NCBI GenBank assembly: GCA_965223325.1
Contig: CBDCWI010000001.1
Coordinates: forward strand, 1,760,001-1,824,000
DNA: 64,000 nt
Source: Candidatus Multivoradales bacterium
GTDB lineage: Bacteria; Acidobacteriota; Thermoanaerobaculia; Multivoradales; Multivoraceae
Direction: 5' to 3'
A program made the translations under genes and the position numbers. Below are positions 10,390 to 19,753 of this stretch, in pieces; position 1 is the first letter of the stretch; every line of letters starts with the position of its first letter. The notes under the pieces were generated by a model. The model saw only the letters and a list, made by a program, of their open reading frames with translations. It made no database searches and was not told where the DNA came from.

Positions 10390-13300
10390 GTGTCAGAGCA
10401 GGCGAACCAGGAAACCCGTCTCAGGGTCGTGCAAACGACGGTTGCCGAGGCGCAGAACGTCGAGCTGACACTCGGCCCCGAGCCGCAGTTCATCGGTCGC
10501 GACCCGAGTTGCGACCTCACCGTCGCCGACAAGAGCATGTCGCGTCGTCACGCCAGCGTCTGGCTGGCGGCCGACGGTCGCGTCATGGTGCGCGACAACA
10601 AGAGCTCGAACGGGGTCTTCGTCGAGGGTCATCGAGTCGCCGAGCTGGCAGTGGCCAACGGTCAGAAGCTCACCATGGGCGGTACGACCTTCATCGTCGA
10701 CATGCCAGCGGCCGAGCCCGAGGAAGCAATAGACCTCGACGCCACCGCCCTTAACGAGGTCTCGGTTGATCGCACCGTCCAGATCTCGAACTTCGCCGAA
10801 GTCGCACAGCAGTTCGAGAAGCCGCGCGCGCTCGAGGAGCTCGGCCAGGGCGAAGTCACCACCGCTAACCGACCCTTCCTGATCTCGGACGCCAGCACGA
10901 TGTGGATCCTCGAAGAGGGGAAGATCGAGATCTTTACCGTCAACATAAAGAACGGTGAGCCCGTAGGAGCCCGCACCCACTTCGTCACCGTCGAACCAGG
11001 CGAGGCGTTCTTCGGGCTCGAAAGTGACTACCTCGGCTTCGACTCGGGGTTTCTCGCCGTCGGCAAGGCGGGCTCCGAGCTCGTCCGCATGGACATTGAG
11101 CAGCTCGAGCGTTTCGCCCCGGTACCCGAGCACAAGAAGCGCATTGCCGGTTTCGTTTCGCAGTGGGTGACGTCGCTCTCGAAACGTCTGGTGAGCGATC
11201 TGCCCAAGATTCCGCGCGCCGAGATCGCGCTGCGGCCCGGCGAGACGACGCTGATCGAGCCCGAGAAGGTCACCGCCCCCGGAACCGAGGTGCTGTGGAT
11301 CGAAATGCCGGCGGCGCGCTTCCTCTTCGACAGCATGGGCAGTCTGTCTTGGGAGGTCGAGGGTGTGCTGTTCCCATTGGCACCTTCTTCATGGATCGAG
11401 TTGCTGGCCAGCGACACGCCGATCGAGTTCACCCCCTACCGCACCGAAGAAGTCATCGGCGACCCGCGCCTCTGGGCCGGCTTGCAGGCGTTCCATCGCA
11501 CCTTCATGGAGTGCGAATTCATCAACAAGCGCCTGGCGGTCGTCGATGAATTCAACCGCTTGCAGCGCAAGGCCGAACGCGCCGACGCAGCGCGCGACGC
11601 CGGCATCGGTGCCATCGAGTCGGTGCTGGCGGGAACCGGCGTGTGGCGGCTGCCGAACTTCGGCAGCGACGTCGGCCCGGTCTTCGACTGCTGTGCGGCA
11701 ATCGCTCAATACCTGGGCATCGAGGTCAAACGACCGGTCGGTGATCTTGAGGACCTCAGCTTCGAAGACACGGTGCTCGCCGTGGCAACGGCGTCTCGTT
11801 TCCGCGTGCGACGGATTTCACTGGTCGACAACTGGTGGGATCTCGACCAGGGGCCCCTGCTCGCCCAACGCGAAGAGTCAAACGCACCGGTGGCTCTGGT
11901 TCCCAAAGGTCGACGCGGTGGCTACACCCTGATCGACCCGGCGACCAACGAGCGCGAGACTTTGACCGAGGACATGGCCGAGGGCCTGATCCCCTTCGCC
12001 TACAGTTTCTATCGGCGCTTCCCAGATGGCGTGCTCGGCGCCCGCGACCTGATTCGCTTCGGCACCTACGGGCTCAGACCTGAGTTCCGCGAAGTCGCAC
12101 TCATGGGAATTGCCACCGGTCTGCTCGGCACCGTCGTTCCCGCAATCACCGGCCAGGTCTTCGATTCGGCCATTCCGCAAGCCGAGCGCGCCTTCTTATG
12201 GCAGCTCTGCCTGGGCCTCTTCATGGTTGCCCTCTCGACCTCTGCGTTCAAGATCGTGCAGAACATGGCGATGCTGCGCGTGCAGTCGAAGATGGACTAC
12301 TCGGTACAGGCCGCGGTCTGGGACAGGCTGCTCGATTTGCCAATGACCTTCTTCCGCGAGTACTCGGCTGGTGACCTGGCCGACCGCGCCTCGGCGGTCG
12401 ACAAGATTCGTTCGATCATCGCCGGTGCCGGCATCGGCGCCATTCTCGGCTCTTTCGCGTCGCTGTTCAATGCCATCCAGATGGCCTTCTACAGTCTTGC
12501 GTTGGCCGGCGTCGCCATCGGTCTGACCCTCATCTACGTGTCGCTCACCACCCTTTGCAACTACTTGAAGCTGCGCCTGCAGCGCACCGAGTTCCATCGC
12601 CGCGGCATGATCACCGGCCTGGTGCTGCAGCTCATTTCGGGAGTCGGCAAGTTGCGCGTTTCGGGCACCGAGGATCATGCCTTCAAGGCCTGGGCGACCG
12701 AGTTCGCCGGCATGCGCCGCACTGGCTTCGCCGTCGGCCGGATCGGCAACTTCATGCCAGTGCTCAACGCCGGCTTTCCGGTGCTCTCCTCAATGGCGAT
12801 CTTCTTCACCATGGCGAAGCTCCAGCAGTCGGCGCTCGAGAAGGGCGAGGTGTTCGACCTCACCACCGGCGACTTCCTCGCTTTCAGCTCGGCCTACGGC
12901 ATCTTCCTGGCTGCCATGCAAGCCCTCGGCGACGTCTCCGTAAGCATGTTGGGCGTGGTGCCCATCTTCGAGCGCCTGAAGCCGCTCCTCGAAGAGGAGT
13001 CGGAGATTGATGCGAGCAAGGCTGCCCCGGCCGCACTGCGCGGCAAGATCGAGCTTTCGAACCTGTCGTTTCGTTACACCGAAGACGGCCCGCTGGTGCT
13101 CAAAAACATCAACCTCGAAATCGAGCCCGGCCAGTTCGTCGCCTTCGTGGGCGGCTCGGGCTCCGGCAAGTCGACGATGATGAAAGTCATGCTGGGCTTC
13201 CTTTCGCCCGAGAGCGGCAGCGTCTATTACGACGGGATGGATCTCTCGACGCTGGACGTGCGCATGGTGCGCCAGCAGCTCGGCGTCGTGCTGCAGGAGA

Positions 13301-13758
13301 GTCGTCTGCTGCCGGCGGATATCTACCGCAACATCGTTGGCTCGTCGTCGAAAACCGTTGCCGACGCCTGGGACGCGGCGCGCAAAGCTGGCCTTTCTGA
13401 CGACATCAAGCGCCTACCGATGGGAATGCACACCTACGTCTCAGAAGGTGGCGGCGGTTTCTCGGGCGGCCAGAAGCAGCGCCTGATGATCGCGCGAGCG
13501 CTGGTGCACAACCCGCGCATCCTCTACCTCGACGAGGCCACCAGTGCGCTCGACAACCGCACCCAGGCGATCGTCACCCAGAGCATGGACCGCCTGAACG
13601 CCACCCGCATTGTCATTGCTCACCGCCTGTCAACGGTCGTTAACGCCGACATCATCTGCTACCTCGAAGACGGCGAGCTCAAGGAAAAGGGCTCCTTCGA
13701 AGAGCTCAAGGCACTCGGCGGCGCCTTCGCCGAGCTCGCCGCCCGTCAGGAGGCTTGA
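10390..13758 (+). CDS. Second NHLP-type ABC exporter subunit with N-terminal FHA and cNMP-binding-like domains
   Basis: FHA motifs FIGRD, MSRRHA, SSNGVFV; cNMP-like WILEEGKIEIF...PGEAFFG; degenerate C39-like segment (RVRRISLVDNWWDLDQGPLL); GGSGSGKST, FSGGQKQRL, LDEATSALD. Confidence 0.88.
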   Translation: MSEQANQETRLRVVQTTVAEAQNVELTLGPEPQFIGRDPSCDLTVADKSMSRRHASVWLAADGRVMVRDNKSSNGVFVEGHRVAELAVANGQKLTMGGTTFIVDMPAAEPEEAIDLDATALNEVSVDRTVQISNFAEVAQQFEKPRALEELGQGEVTTANRPFLISDASTMWILEEGKIEIFTVNIKNGEPVGARTHFVTVEPGEAFFGLESDYLGFDSGFLAVGKAGSELVRMDIEQLERFAPVPEHKKRIAGFVSQWVTSLSKRLVSDLPKIPRAEIALRPGETTLIEPEKVTAPGTEVLWIEMPAARFLFDSMGSLSWEVEGVLFPLAPSSWIELLASDTPIEFTPYRTEEVIGDPRLWAGLQAFHRTFMECEFINKRLAVVDEFNRLQRKAERADAARDAGIGAIESVLAGTGVWRLPNFGSDVGPVFDCCAAIAQYLGIEVKRPVGDLEDLSFEDTVLAVATASRFRVRRISLVDNWWDLDQGPLLAQREESNAPVALVPKGRRGGYTLIDPATNERETLTEDMAEGLIPFAYSFYRRFPDGVLGARDLIRFGTYGLRPEFREVALMGIATGLLGTVVPAITGQVFDSAIPQAERAFLWQLCLGLFMVALSTSAFKIVQNMAMLRVQSKMDYSVQAAVWDRLLDLPMTFFREYSAGDLADRASAVDKIRSIIAGAGIGAILGSFASLFNAIQMAFYSLALAGVAIGLTLIYVSLTTLCNYLKLRLQRTEFHRRGMITGLVLQLISGVGKLRVSGTEDHAFKAWATEFAGMRRTGFAVGRIGNFMPVLNAGFPVLSSMAIFFTMAKLQQSALEKGEVFDLTTGDFLAFSSAYGIFLAAMQALGDVSVSMLGVVPIFERLKPLLEEESEIDASKAAPAALRGKIELSNLSFRYTEDGPLVLKNINLEIEPGQFVAFVGGSGSGKSTMMKVMLGFLSPESGSVYYDGMDLSTLDVRMVRQQLGVVLQESRLLPADIYRNIVGSSSKTVADAWDAARKAGLSDDIKRLPMGMHTYVSEGGGGFSGGQKQRLMIARALVHNPRILYLDEATSALDNRTQAIVTQSMDRLNATRIVIAHRLSTVVNADIICYLEDGELKEKGSFEELKALGGAFAELAARQEA

Positions 13759-15389
13759 GGGACGATGGGATCATGAAAGGACCCGACTCTCCTCTCATCG
13801 CCCGACGGCGGGCAGTGATTGCCGGGCTTGGAGTGAGCACCGATCTCGAAGACGAGCTCGTCGGTTACCTCGACAACCCCTACGCCGGTTCAGGTGGTGC
13901 GGCCGATCGGGAGGCCACCGACGACGAGGACGAGCCCCACGTCGCGGCGTGGCGACGTTACGCCCGCGAGGCAATGGCCGGCAGCGCAGCAAAGGTGCTT
14001 ACCGAGAAACTCGTGCAACTGCGGTTCGAGGTAGCCCCGGGTACCAGTACCGACGCCTCCTACCGGGCTGCCACGCGGCGCGGTGATATGAGCGGCGTTC
14101 CGAAAGAGCCGCCCGCCTGGGAAGACCCGCCTTCCATCGAGCTCCTCATCCACCCAACCGCCGGCGGCGCCGTTCCGGTCGTCTTCGCCGCTCATCGTGG
14201 CGACTTCGAGCGCTTGGTGCGCTCCCTCGCCGGCCGCAACGAACCCATTCCAGTCCCCCCGTCAATGGGTGCCTGTCTGGTCAAAGGGTTGATCAACCAG
14301 GACCGGGTCTCGACCTGGCGCGAAGGCCTGGAACGCGATCGCGGTCGAGCCCTCGACAAAGAAGAGTGGAGCGCGGCGTTGCGCGAGATGGCACCGCGCA
14401 AAGACCTCTACCAGGACCGCGTCTTGATTCTCTCGCGCGGCCCCTACGCCGGAAGCGAAAGGCAACAAGGCGACGGCACGCTCAACGAACAGTGGGTCCG
14501 CGACTCGACCCGACTGCGCCTCGAGCACGAGTGCTTCCACTACCTCACCTGGCGGCGCTTCGGCTTGATCCGCAGCAACCTGCTCGACGAACTGTTGGCC
14601 GACTTCACCGGCATGATCGCCGCCCTCGGCGCCTACGACCCCGAAGCCGCGCTTACCTTCCTCGGAGTGGAGCGAGGAGCCGAAGAAGCCGGCGCACATC
14701 GCCTGCTCCCCGACGCCAGGCTTCGCCTCTACCGCGGCGAGCCCGAGCTCAGCGAAGCCGCCCTTCCCGCCCTCGCCCTGCTCGCCGTCCGCGCCAGTCA
14801 CCGTCTAGCCGAGCTCACCCAGAGCCTGCCCGACCGTGAAGGCGCCACCCGACGACCAGAACTCCTCGCTCTGGCCGCAGCGGGGCTGGGAATCGAAGGC
14901 TGGTTCGAGCCAGATGCCCCAAAGAACCTGTTGGCCCGGCTCAAGAACCTTCAGCGTAAGCCACGCGAGACCAACCGCCTACTCGAGCTCAGGCGCCCGG
15001 CCGACCAGGAAGGAGTCGGCGCCTGTCTAGACGGCTTCATGAGCACCGCCCGCGCCCGCGGAATGAGCGACCGCCTACGCCGGCGCATCGCACTCACCCT
15101 AGACGAAATTCTCACCAACATCGCCAAGTACGCCTACGACAAAGGCAGCTGCGGCGACCTCTGGTTTCGCCTCTCACAACCCAGCGAAGACGTCTGGCGA
15201 CTCGACTTCGAAGACGCCGGCAAGCCATTCAACCCCATGAACCAGCCCGGCCCCGACCTCGGCCTCGACGCCCTCACCCACCGCGAAGGCGGCCTCGGCC
15301 TATGGCTTGTACGCCACCTGTCAGCCAACATGCGCTACCGCCGCCGCCTGGACCGCAACCACCTCTCGATCGCCATCCGCGACAGCTGA
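13755..15389 (+). CDS. HExxH-motif protein (resembles DUF7005) fused to a C-terminal RsbW-like HATPase_c domain
   Basis: PVPPSMGACLVKGLIN, RLEHECFHY, DELLADFTG; C-terminal LDEILTNIAKYAY (N-box), FEDAGKPFNP (G1), EGGLGLWLV (G2). Alternative start ATG 13773. Confidence 0.7.
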   Translation: MRDDGIMKGPDSPLIARRRAVIAGLGVSTDLEDELVGYLDNPYAGSGGAADREATDDEDEPHVAAWRRYAREAMAGSAAKVLTEKLVQLRFEVAPGTSTDASYRAATRRGDMSGVPKEPPAWEDPPSIELLIHPTAGGAVPVVFAAHRGDFERLVRSLAGRNEPIPVPPSMGACLVKGLINQDRVSTWREGLERDRGRALDKEEWSAALREMAPRKDLYQDRVLILSRGPYAGSERQQGDGTLNEQWVRDSTRLRLEHECFHYLTWRRFGLIRSNLLDELLADFTGMIAALGAYDPEAALTFLGVERGAEEAGAHRLLPDARLRLYRGEPELSEAALPALALLAVRASHRLAELTQSLPDREGATRRPELLALAAAGLGIEGWFEPDAPKNLLARLKNLQRKPRETNRLLELRRPADQEGVGACLDGFMSTARARGMSDRLRRRIALTLDEILTNIAKYAYDKGSCGDLWFRLSQPSEDVWRLDFEDAGKPFNPMNQPGPDLGLDALTHREGGLGLWLVRHLSANMRYRRRLDRNHLSIAIRDS

Positions 15390-15475
15390 ACCTACCCTGC
15401 TCGCGGACCGCAAGATCAGCCGTTCTTTAGAACGTAGAAACTCGCGGGTTCCCTACACGCAGCACAGATCGTTTT

Positions 15476-15498
15476 GCGCTGACCGAACTACCCGACAC
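15476..15498 (-). repeat. REP-like GTAG motif, copy 1 (left island border)
   Basis: Reverse complement GTGTCGGGTAGTTCGGTCAGCGC matches the copies at 29331, 30712 and 36541. Confidence 0.6.
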
Positions 15499-15724
15499 AA
15501 GGCGAACACCGCTGATCATCGGCGACCGTGTGTTCGTTCCGCTGGGAGGCGACCCTGAGAACAATGTCGCCTCCCTCGGCGCCTTCGAGAAAGCCACGGT
15601 CAACTCGAGGGAAGCACGGAGCTCCTTTGGCTCCAGCTCCTAGGAGAGCACTTGTCACATCGGCGCCTGACGAACGAAAAGGGGCCGTGGGGACTTCGGT
15701 CCCGTCGAGTACCGCCGCACCGGA

Positions 15725-16072
15725 ATGTTCGATGACCTGGCGAAGTTGTCAACCAAGAACCCGGAGAGCCCCGTGGTCGTGCTCGGCAAGTTCATGCAGG
15801 ACGGAGTTTCTTATCTTCAAGTGGCGAAACAGTCCAAGTCGAGCTACTTCCTGGCCGACAACTGGGACAGGCTCGCTGGTAGCATGACGAGAGACGAAAT
15901 GTGGAAAATCAACCGATCGTTTCTTCTCCAGCAGGTGCAGGAGGGCAAGCGCTTCACGCTGTCGCACGATCCCGCTTCAGCCACCGGCGCCTTTCTGAAG
16001 GAGGTTGAATTCCTCAGGGATCAGGGCTATCGGTTCATCAAGGATGGCAACGTGTGGAGAGCGACCAGATGA
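15725..16072 (+). CDS. Orphan polymorphic-toxin C-terminal domain (probable gene remnant)
   Basis: Pattern VVLGKF..SY...W.INRSFL....GKRF.LS......FLKEVEFL..QGY resembles Rhs/LXG toxin tips; no N-terminal delivery domain; ATGA-coupled to a small acidic ORF. Confidence 0.55.
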   Translation: MFDDLAKLSTKNPESPVVVLGKFMQDGVSYLQVAKQSKSSYFLADNWDRLAGSMTRDEMWKINRSFLLQQVQEGKRFTLSHDPASATGAFLKEVEFLRDQGYRFIKDGNVWRATR

Positions 16073-16437
16073 GCAACCTCCCCACCAAAGAGGACATCGC
16101 CCGCGCCGACTCGAAGATGAGGGAACGCGAACGCGGCCTCGACACGGTTGAAGGAAACCTTTCTAAGCGCTTCCAAGGACGCGGCGGCTTTCACAAGATC
16201 TTCGTCATGTGGCAGAAAGACGTGGACTTTCGCGCCTACGTCTTCTTCCGCCTGGACAAAGACGCAGAGACCGCACGGGAAAGCGGACTGCTTGACGAAA
16301 TCGAAGACGCGTTTCTTGAAGAACTAGAGAAGGTCGACCGCGCTCGCCGTGGAGAGACGAAGGTAGCTCTTGAAATCGACTCGCACGAGAACGTCGAACG
16401 CAACTATCGGAGCAGCTACTTCCTCAGAATGAGGTAG
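16069..16437 (+). CDS. Putative immunity protein
   Basis: About 122 aa, translationally coupled (ATGA) downstream of the toxin-like ORF. Confidence 0.5.
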   Translation: MSNLPTKEDIARADSKMRERERGLDTVEGNLSKRFQGRGGFHKIFVMWQKDVDFRAYVFFRLDKDAETARESGLLDEIEDAFLEELEKVDRARRGETKVALEIDSHENVERNYRSSYFLRMR

Positions 16438-16652
16438 CCAGGAACAACCCGTGAGCAACGGCTCGCAGGCAGGTGCTCTTCACACCAGAGGTCCTCGAGA
16501 AGACTGTTCGCCGCCGGCGCTTCGGCCCTGCGCGACAAAAGAAGGGGCCGAGCCGGCGTGCACAAAGTCGAGCCGTTGAAGATCACGCGACTCGATTGCC
16601 GACGCGATAGATGGCGCGATCGATGATGTTGCCCGGTAACTCAGCCAGGCTT

Positions 16653-18134
16653 CTACAAGGGGGGCTTTCGCCCGGCCCTCTCAACTCGCCTGACCAACCC
16701 ATCAATCGCCACGTCCAGATCGAGCCGATCCCCATTCCATAGCGGCATCGTGTATCGACCAAGCCGCAAGCCCTGCCTCAAGTTGTCACGGCACAGCCTC
16801 CCCGGAGCCGTCTCGTCGACCACCAAAGGCGGGCCAACCTCAGGTACAAGGCAACCCCCGGGCCGGAAGAACGCCACGCCCTCCGCGGTCCGCTCAACAG
16901 AGAAACCGCCCTCATGCAGGGCGCGGTGATGAAAACGGCACAACAACACCAGATTGTCCAGCCGCGTCTCGCCCCCATCGGCCCAGTGCTCGATGTGATG
17001 AGCCTCGCAAAACTTCGAATCACAACCAGGGAAGCGACATCCCTGATCGCGATGCTGCAAAGCACGCCGAATCGCAGGCGGAATCGTCCGGCGACTGCGC
17101 CCGACATCGAGCACCGAACCATCGCTGCCATGAACCATCTCCACCAGACTGGCGTCGCACGCCATCCGCCGCGACGTTTCCGCGGAAACGCCTGGCCCAT
17201 GCTCGATGAACGCCTGCGCAACGGTCTCTGGCACCCCAGCATCTGCATCACCGGCGTCTAGCTGCGAAGAATCTGGCGGCGCCATCGCCAGCACCGGCTC
17301 ATCGACGTGCACAACAACACGCAAGCTCTCAGCCCGCTGGGGATTCTCCGACCCGGCGCGCAGCGAACGCTCCGCGAGCAGACCCAGCGCATCAGCCCGG
17401 CGCTGTTTCGGTTCCATGCGCTCGACACGCTGCTCGAACGCCTCGATCGTTTCCTCGCGCCGTTCCTTTTCACGCTCAGCTTCGAACAAGTCATCACCAG
17501 CCGCCTCGAGCGCCTTCAGAAAAACAGCACCAACCTCAGGCTCGAGCCGGCCACGCACCACCAGCATGCCGTCCTCATCCCATGAGCTCGAGAACCCCCG
17601 GCTAGCCCGCCGCAACGCGTCGTGCTGGTTCTCCATCCGCCGCGACACCCTGCGCCAACTCCGACACACCCTCTCGAGCTGCGAAGCCGTCGTATGCCGC
17701 GCCAGCTCCACCAGATCACGCTCCGTTTCAGGCGCCGCAACCCGCGTGATCGCTCGCACCTTTGAGAACGAAACCTCACCCCGCTCCATCGCCCGCGCCA
17801 AAAGCGGAAGCTCAGCCAGACGCCGCGCCACCCGTACCTTCTCGCGCGCCGCCCCCATGCCAAGCCCAATGCGCCAATTCAGCCAATGCGCACAAGACCG
17901 CCAACCCGCCCAACCCGAGCGCGCGTCAAACTCCGCAATCATCACCAGCAATCGATACGTGGCCGCAGTGATATTCGCCGACAAAGTCACAATCTGATTG
18001 CCGAGGTCCTCGAGGTCGTTCTCAACCCGCATTCCCAGCGGCCTTTCGAGCGGTGCCGGAGAGGTGCGTACGGGCGGCTTCGAGGCAATCGGCGGAGAGG
18101 TAATGGTCTTCTCGAGGAGTTGAGTCGAGGACAT
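16653..18134 (-). CDS. DUF222 (13E12/Rv1128c-type) protein with C-terminal HNH endonuclease
   Basis: AEFDARSGWAGWRSCAHWL, RRMACDA, DVGRSRRTIPPAIRRAL, RDQGCRFPGC, CEAHHIEHWADGGETRLDNLVLLCRFHHRALH. Confidence 0.92.
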   Translation of the reverse strand: MSSTQLLEKTITSPPIASKPPVRTSPAPLERPLGMRVENDLEDLGNQIVTLSANITAATYRLLVMIAEFDARSGWAGWRSCAHWLNWRIGLGMGAAREKVRVARRLAELPLLARAMERGEVSFSKVRAITRVAAPETERDLVELARHTTASQLERVCRSWRRVSRRMENQHDALRRASRGFSSSWDEDGMLVVRGRLEPEVGAVFLKALEAAGDDLFEAEREKERREETIEAFEQRVERMEPKQRRADALGLLAERSLRAGSENPQRAESLRVVVHVDEPVLAMAPPDSSQLDAGDADAGVPETVAQAFIEHGPGVSAETSRRMACDASLVEMVHGSDGSVLDVGRSRRTIPPAIRRALQHRDQGCRFPGCDSKFCEAHHIEHWADGGETRLDNLVLLCRFHHRALHEGGFSVERTAEGVAFFRPGGCLVPEVGPPLVVDETAPGRLCRDNLRQGLRLGRYTMPLWNGDRLDLDVAIDGLVRRVERAGRKPPL

Positions 18135-18373
18135 GGCGGCGCTCCGTTTCTACGTTCGGTTTACGCCTTCGAAAGTACCACGATAGGGCCCCAGAGTCCA
18201 GCAGAATCAGCTGTTTGCAGCGCTCTTCCAGCCCATTGCACCCAATCAATTCACCGGGAGCAATTGCTCAATCGAAGATGTTGAATTAAGGTAATTCGAC
18301 TGGCGGCGTGGGTTGACGAGCTCGATCCAGTTCTCGAAGACGCGGAGACGCCGGTTCACTCGCCCATCGCCGC

Positions 18374-18764
18374 TAGAGTGGATCAACCGGCATGCGCATT
18401 CGACGCGTTGGCGGTCGGCGCTATCGACGATATGGGACTCGTAGCAAACAGTGAGCTGACGATCTACTCAGGAGATGCCTCCTACTTCTCGACGCATTAT
18501 GGGGAGGCCATCGATTTCTGGGCACCCGGCGTCGACATCAAGATCAGAAGAGCAACGGGCGACTCCACGCAAACTGGAACCTACGCGCGCCAGTGGGGGA
18601 CTTCTTTCAGCGCACCTCACGTGGCAGCGGTTTGGGCACGACTCCGGGCGCAATGCCCACAGCTCAACTTCGATCAGCTGCTCAACAAGCTCAAAACACA
18701 GTGTCCGACGGTATCGTTCGGTGGCATGACACGACCTGAAATCTGTCTTCCTCCGGGCTGCTGA
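18374..18764 (+). pseudogene. 3' fragment of the S8 subtilase (duplicate of 34129-34519)
   Basis: Near-identical to the 3' end of the intact subtilase; keeps GTSFSAPHVA but lacks the catalytic Asp and His. Confidence 0.85.
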
Positions 18765-18766
18765 GC

Positions 18767-19611
18767 ATGGAGGGCTCTCGTCTGAAGCTCCTACGCTCCT
18801 TCACGAAAGTGACTCCGTGGACCGTAGTGACCATGCTTGTCGCCGCCTTCCAGGGCGAAGCTGTCGTGGCGGCCGTGGGCGCGGCCGGTGGCGAACGGCA
18901 GTCCATAGAGGCCTCGGACAGGTCATACGAGTTGATCTATTCGCCGTTCGAGGCCGACGACCGGGTCGAGTTCGCAGCCGCCCTCGAGGTCGCCGAAGAA
19001 GTCGAAGCCATCAACGCCTGCTTGTCGTACTCCTCGAACGGAAAATTGATCACTCAAGTCGTCGCCAGCCTTTACGAAGGAGGAGACCTTCCCGGAGATG
19101 TCTTGGTTTCACGCGAGGCGACCGTCCAGTTGCAAACCGGCCTGAGCTGTTTCGAAGTGGAGATCGAACCCTCGCTCACCGTCAACGGTGAGATCTGGAT
19201 TGGGCTCGAATACTCGATCGCACGAGCAGAGAGAATCGCAATCCCCCTCGACGTGGATGGAGCTGTTCCGTACAAGACGCTGATTCGAGTCGACGACGCG
19301 AGGAACAACTGGTACTGGGACGAGGTAAGCCGCGGCTATCCGCTCGGCGTGATCTACCGGACCAGCGAATCGGCATGCATCCAATCTCCGGGAGTGGAGT
19401 GCCTTCGCGATGGCCGCTTCGAGGTGAAGGTCAGCTGGAGCGACGGCGAGGGCCTTCAACCCGCCGGACTTCTCCCGTTCACGGACCAGAGCCTCCTCGG
19501 CTACTTCGCCAGCTCAGAGAACATCGAGCTGATCGTTAAAGTGCTCGACGGTTGCTCGATCAACGGGCACTTCTGGTTGTTCGCCGGTGGTGCTACGGAT
19601 CGAGAGGTCAG
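18767..19611 (+). pseudogene. Duplicate of secreted protein 34522-35478, truncated by IS3
   Basis: Near-identical to 34522-35363; similarity stops at the IS end at 19612. Confidence 0.85.
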
Positions 19612-19753
19612 TGTAGCGGTCTTGGTTTAGTGGACAGTTGTTTGTGATGACGGCGATTCTGCCTCGTCGCCTTGGGAATCGGATCGCGAGGTTGCCCTGT
19701 GTTGGGCTTCTCGCGGGTGTTGCATGGTGCAGGTACCGCCATCGTGGCGCTCC

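Noticed and set aside
16460-16500. tRNA-like words (TTCACACCAGAGGTC)
   Set aside because: No cloverleaf, T-loop or acceptor stem.
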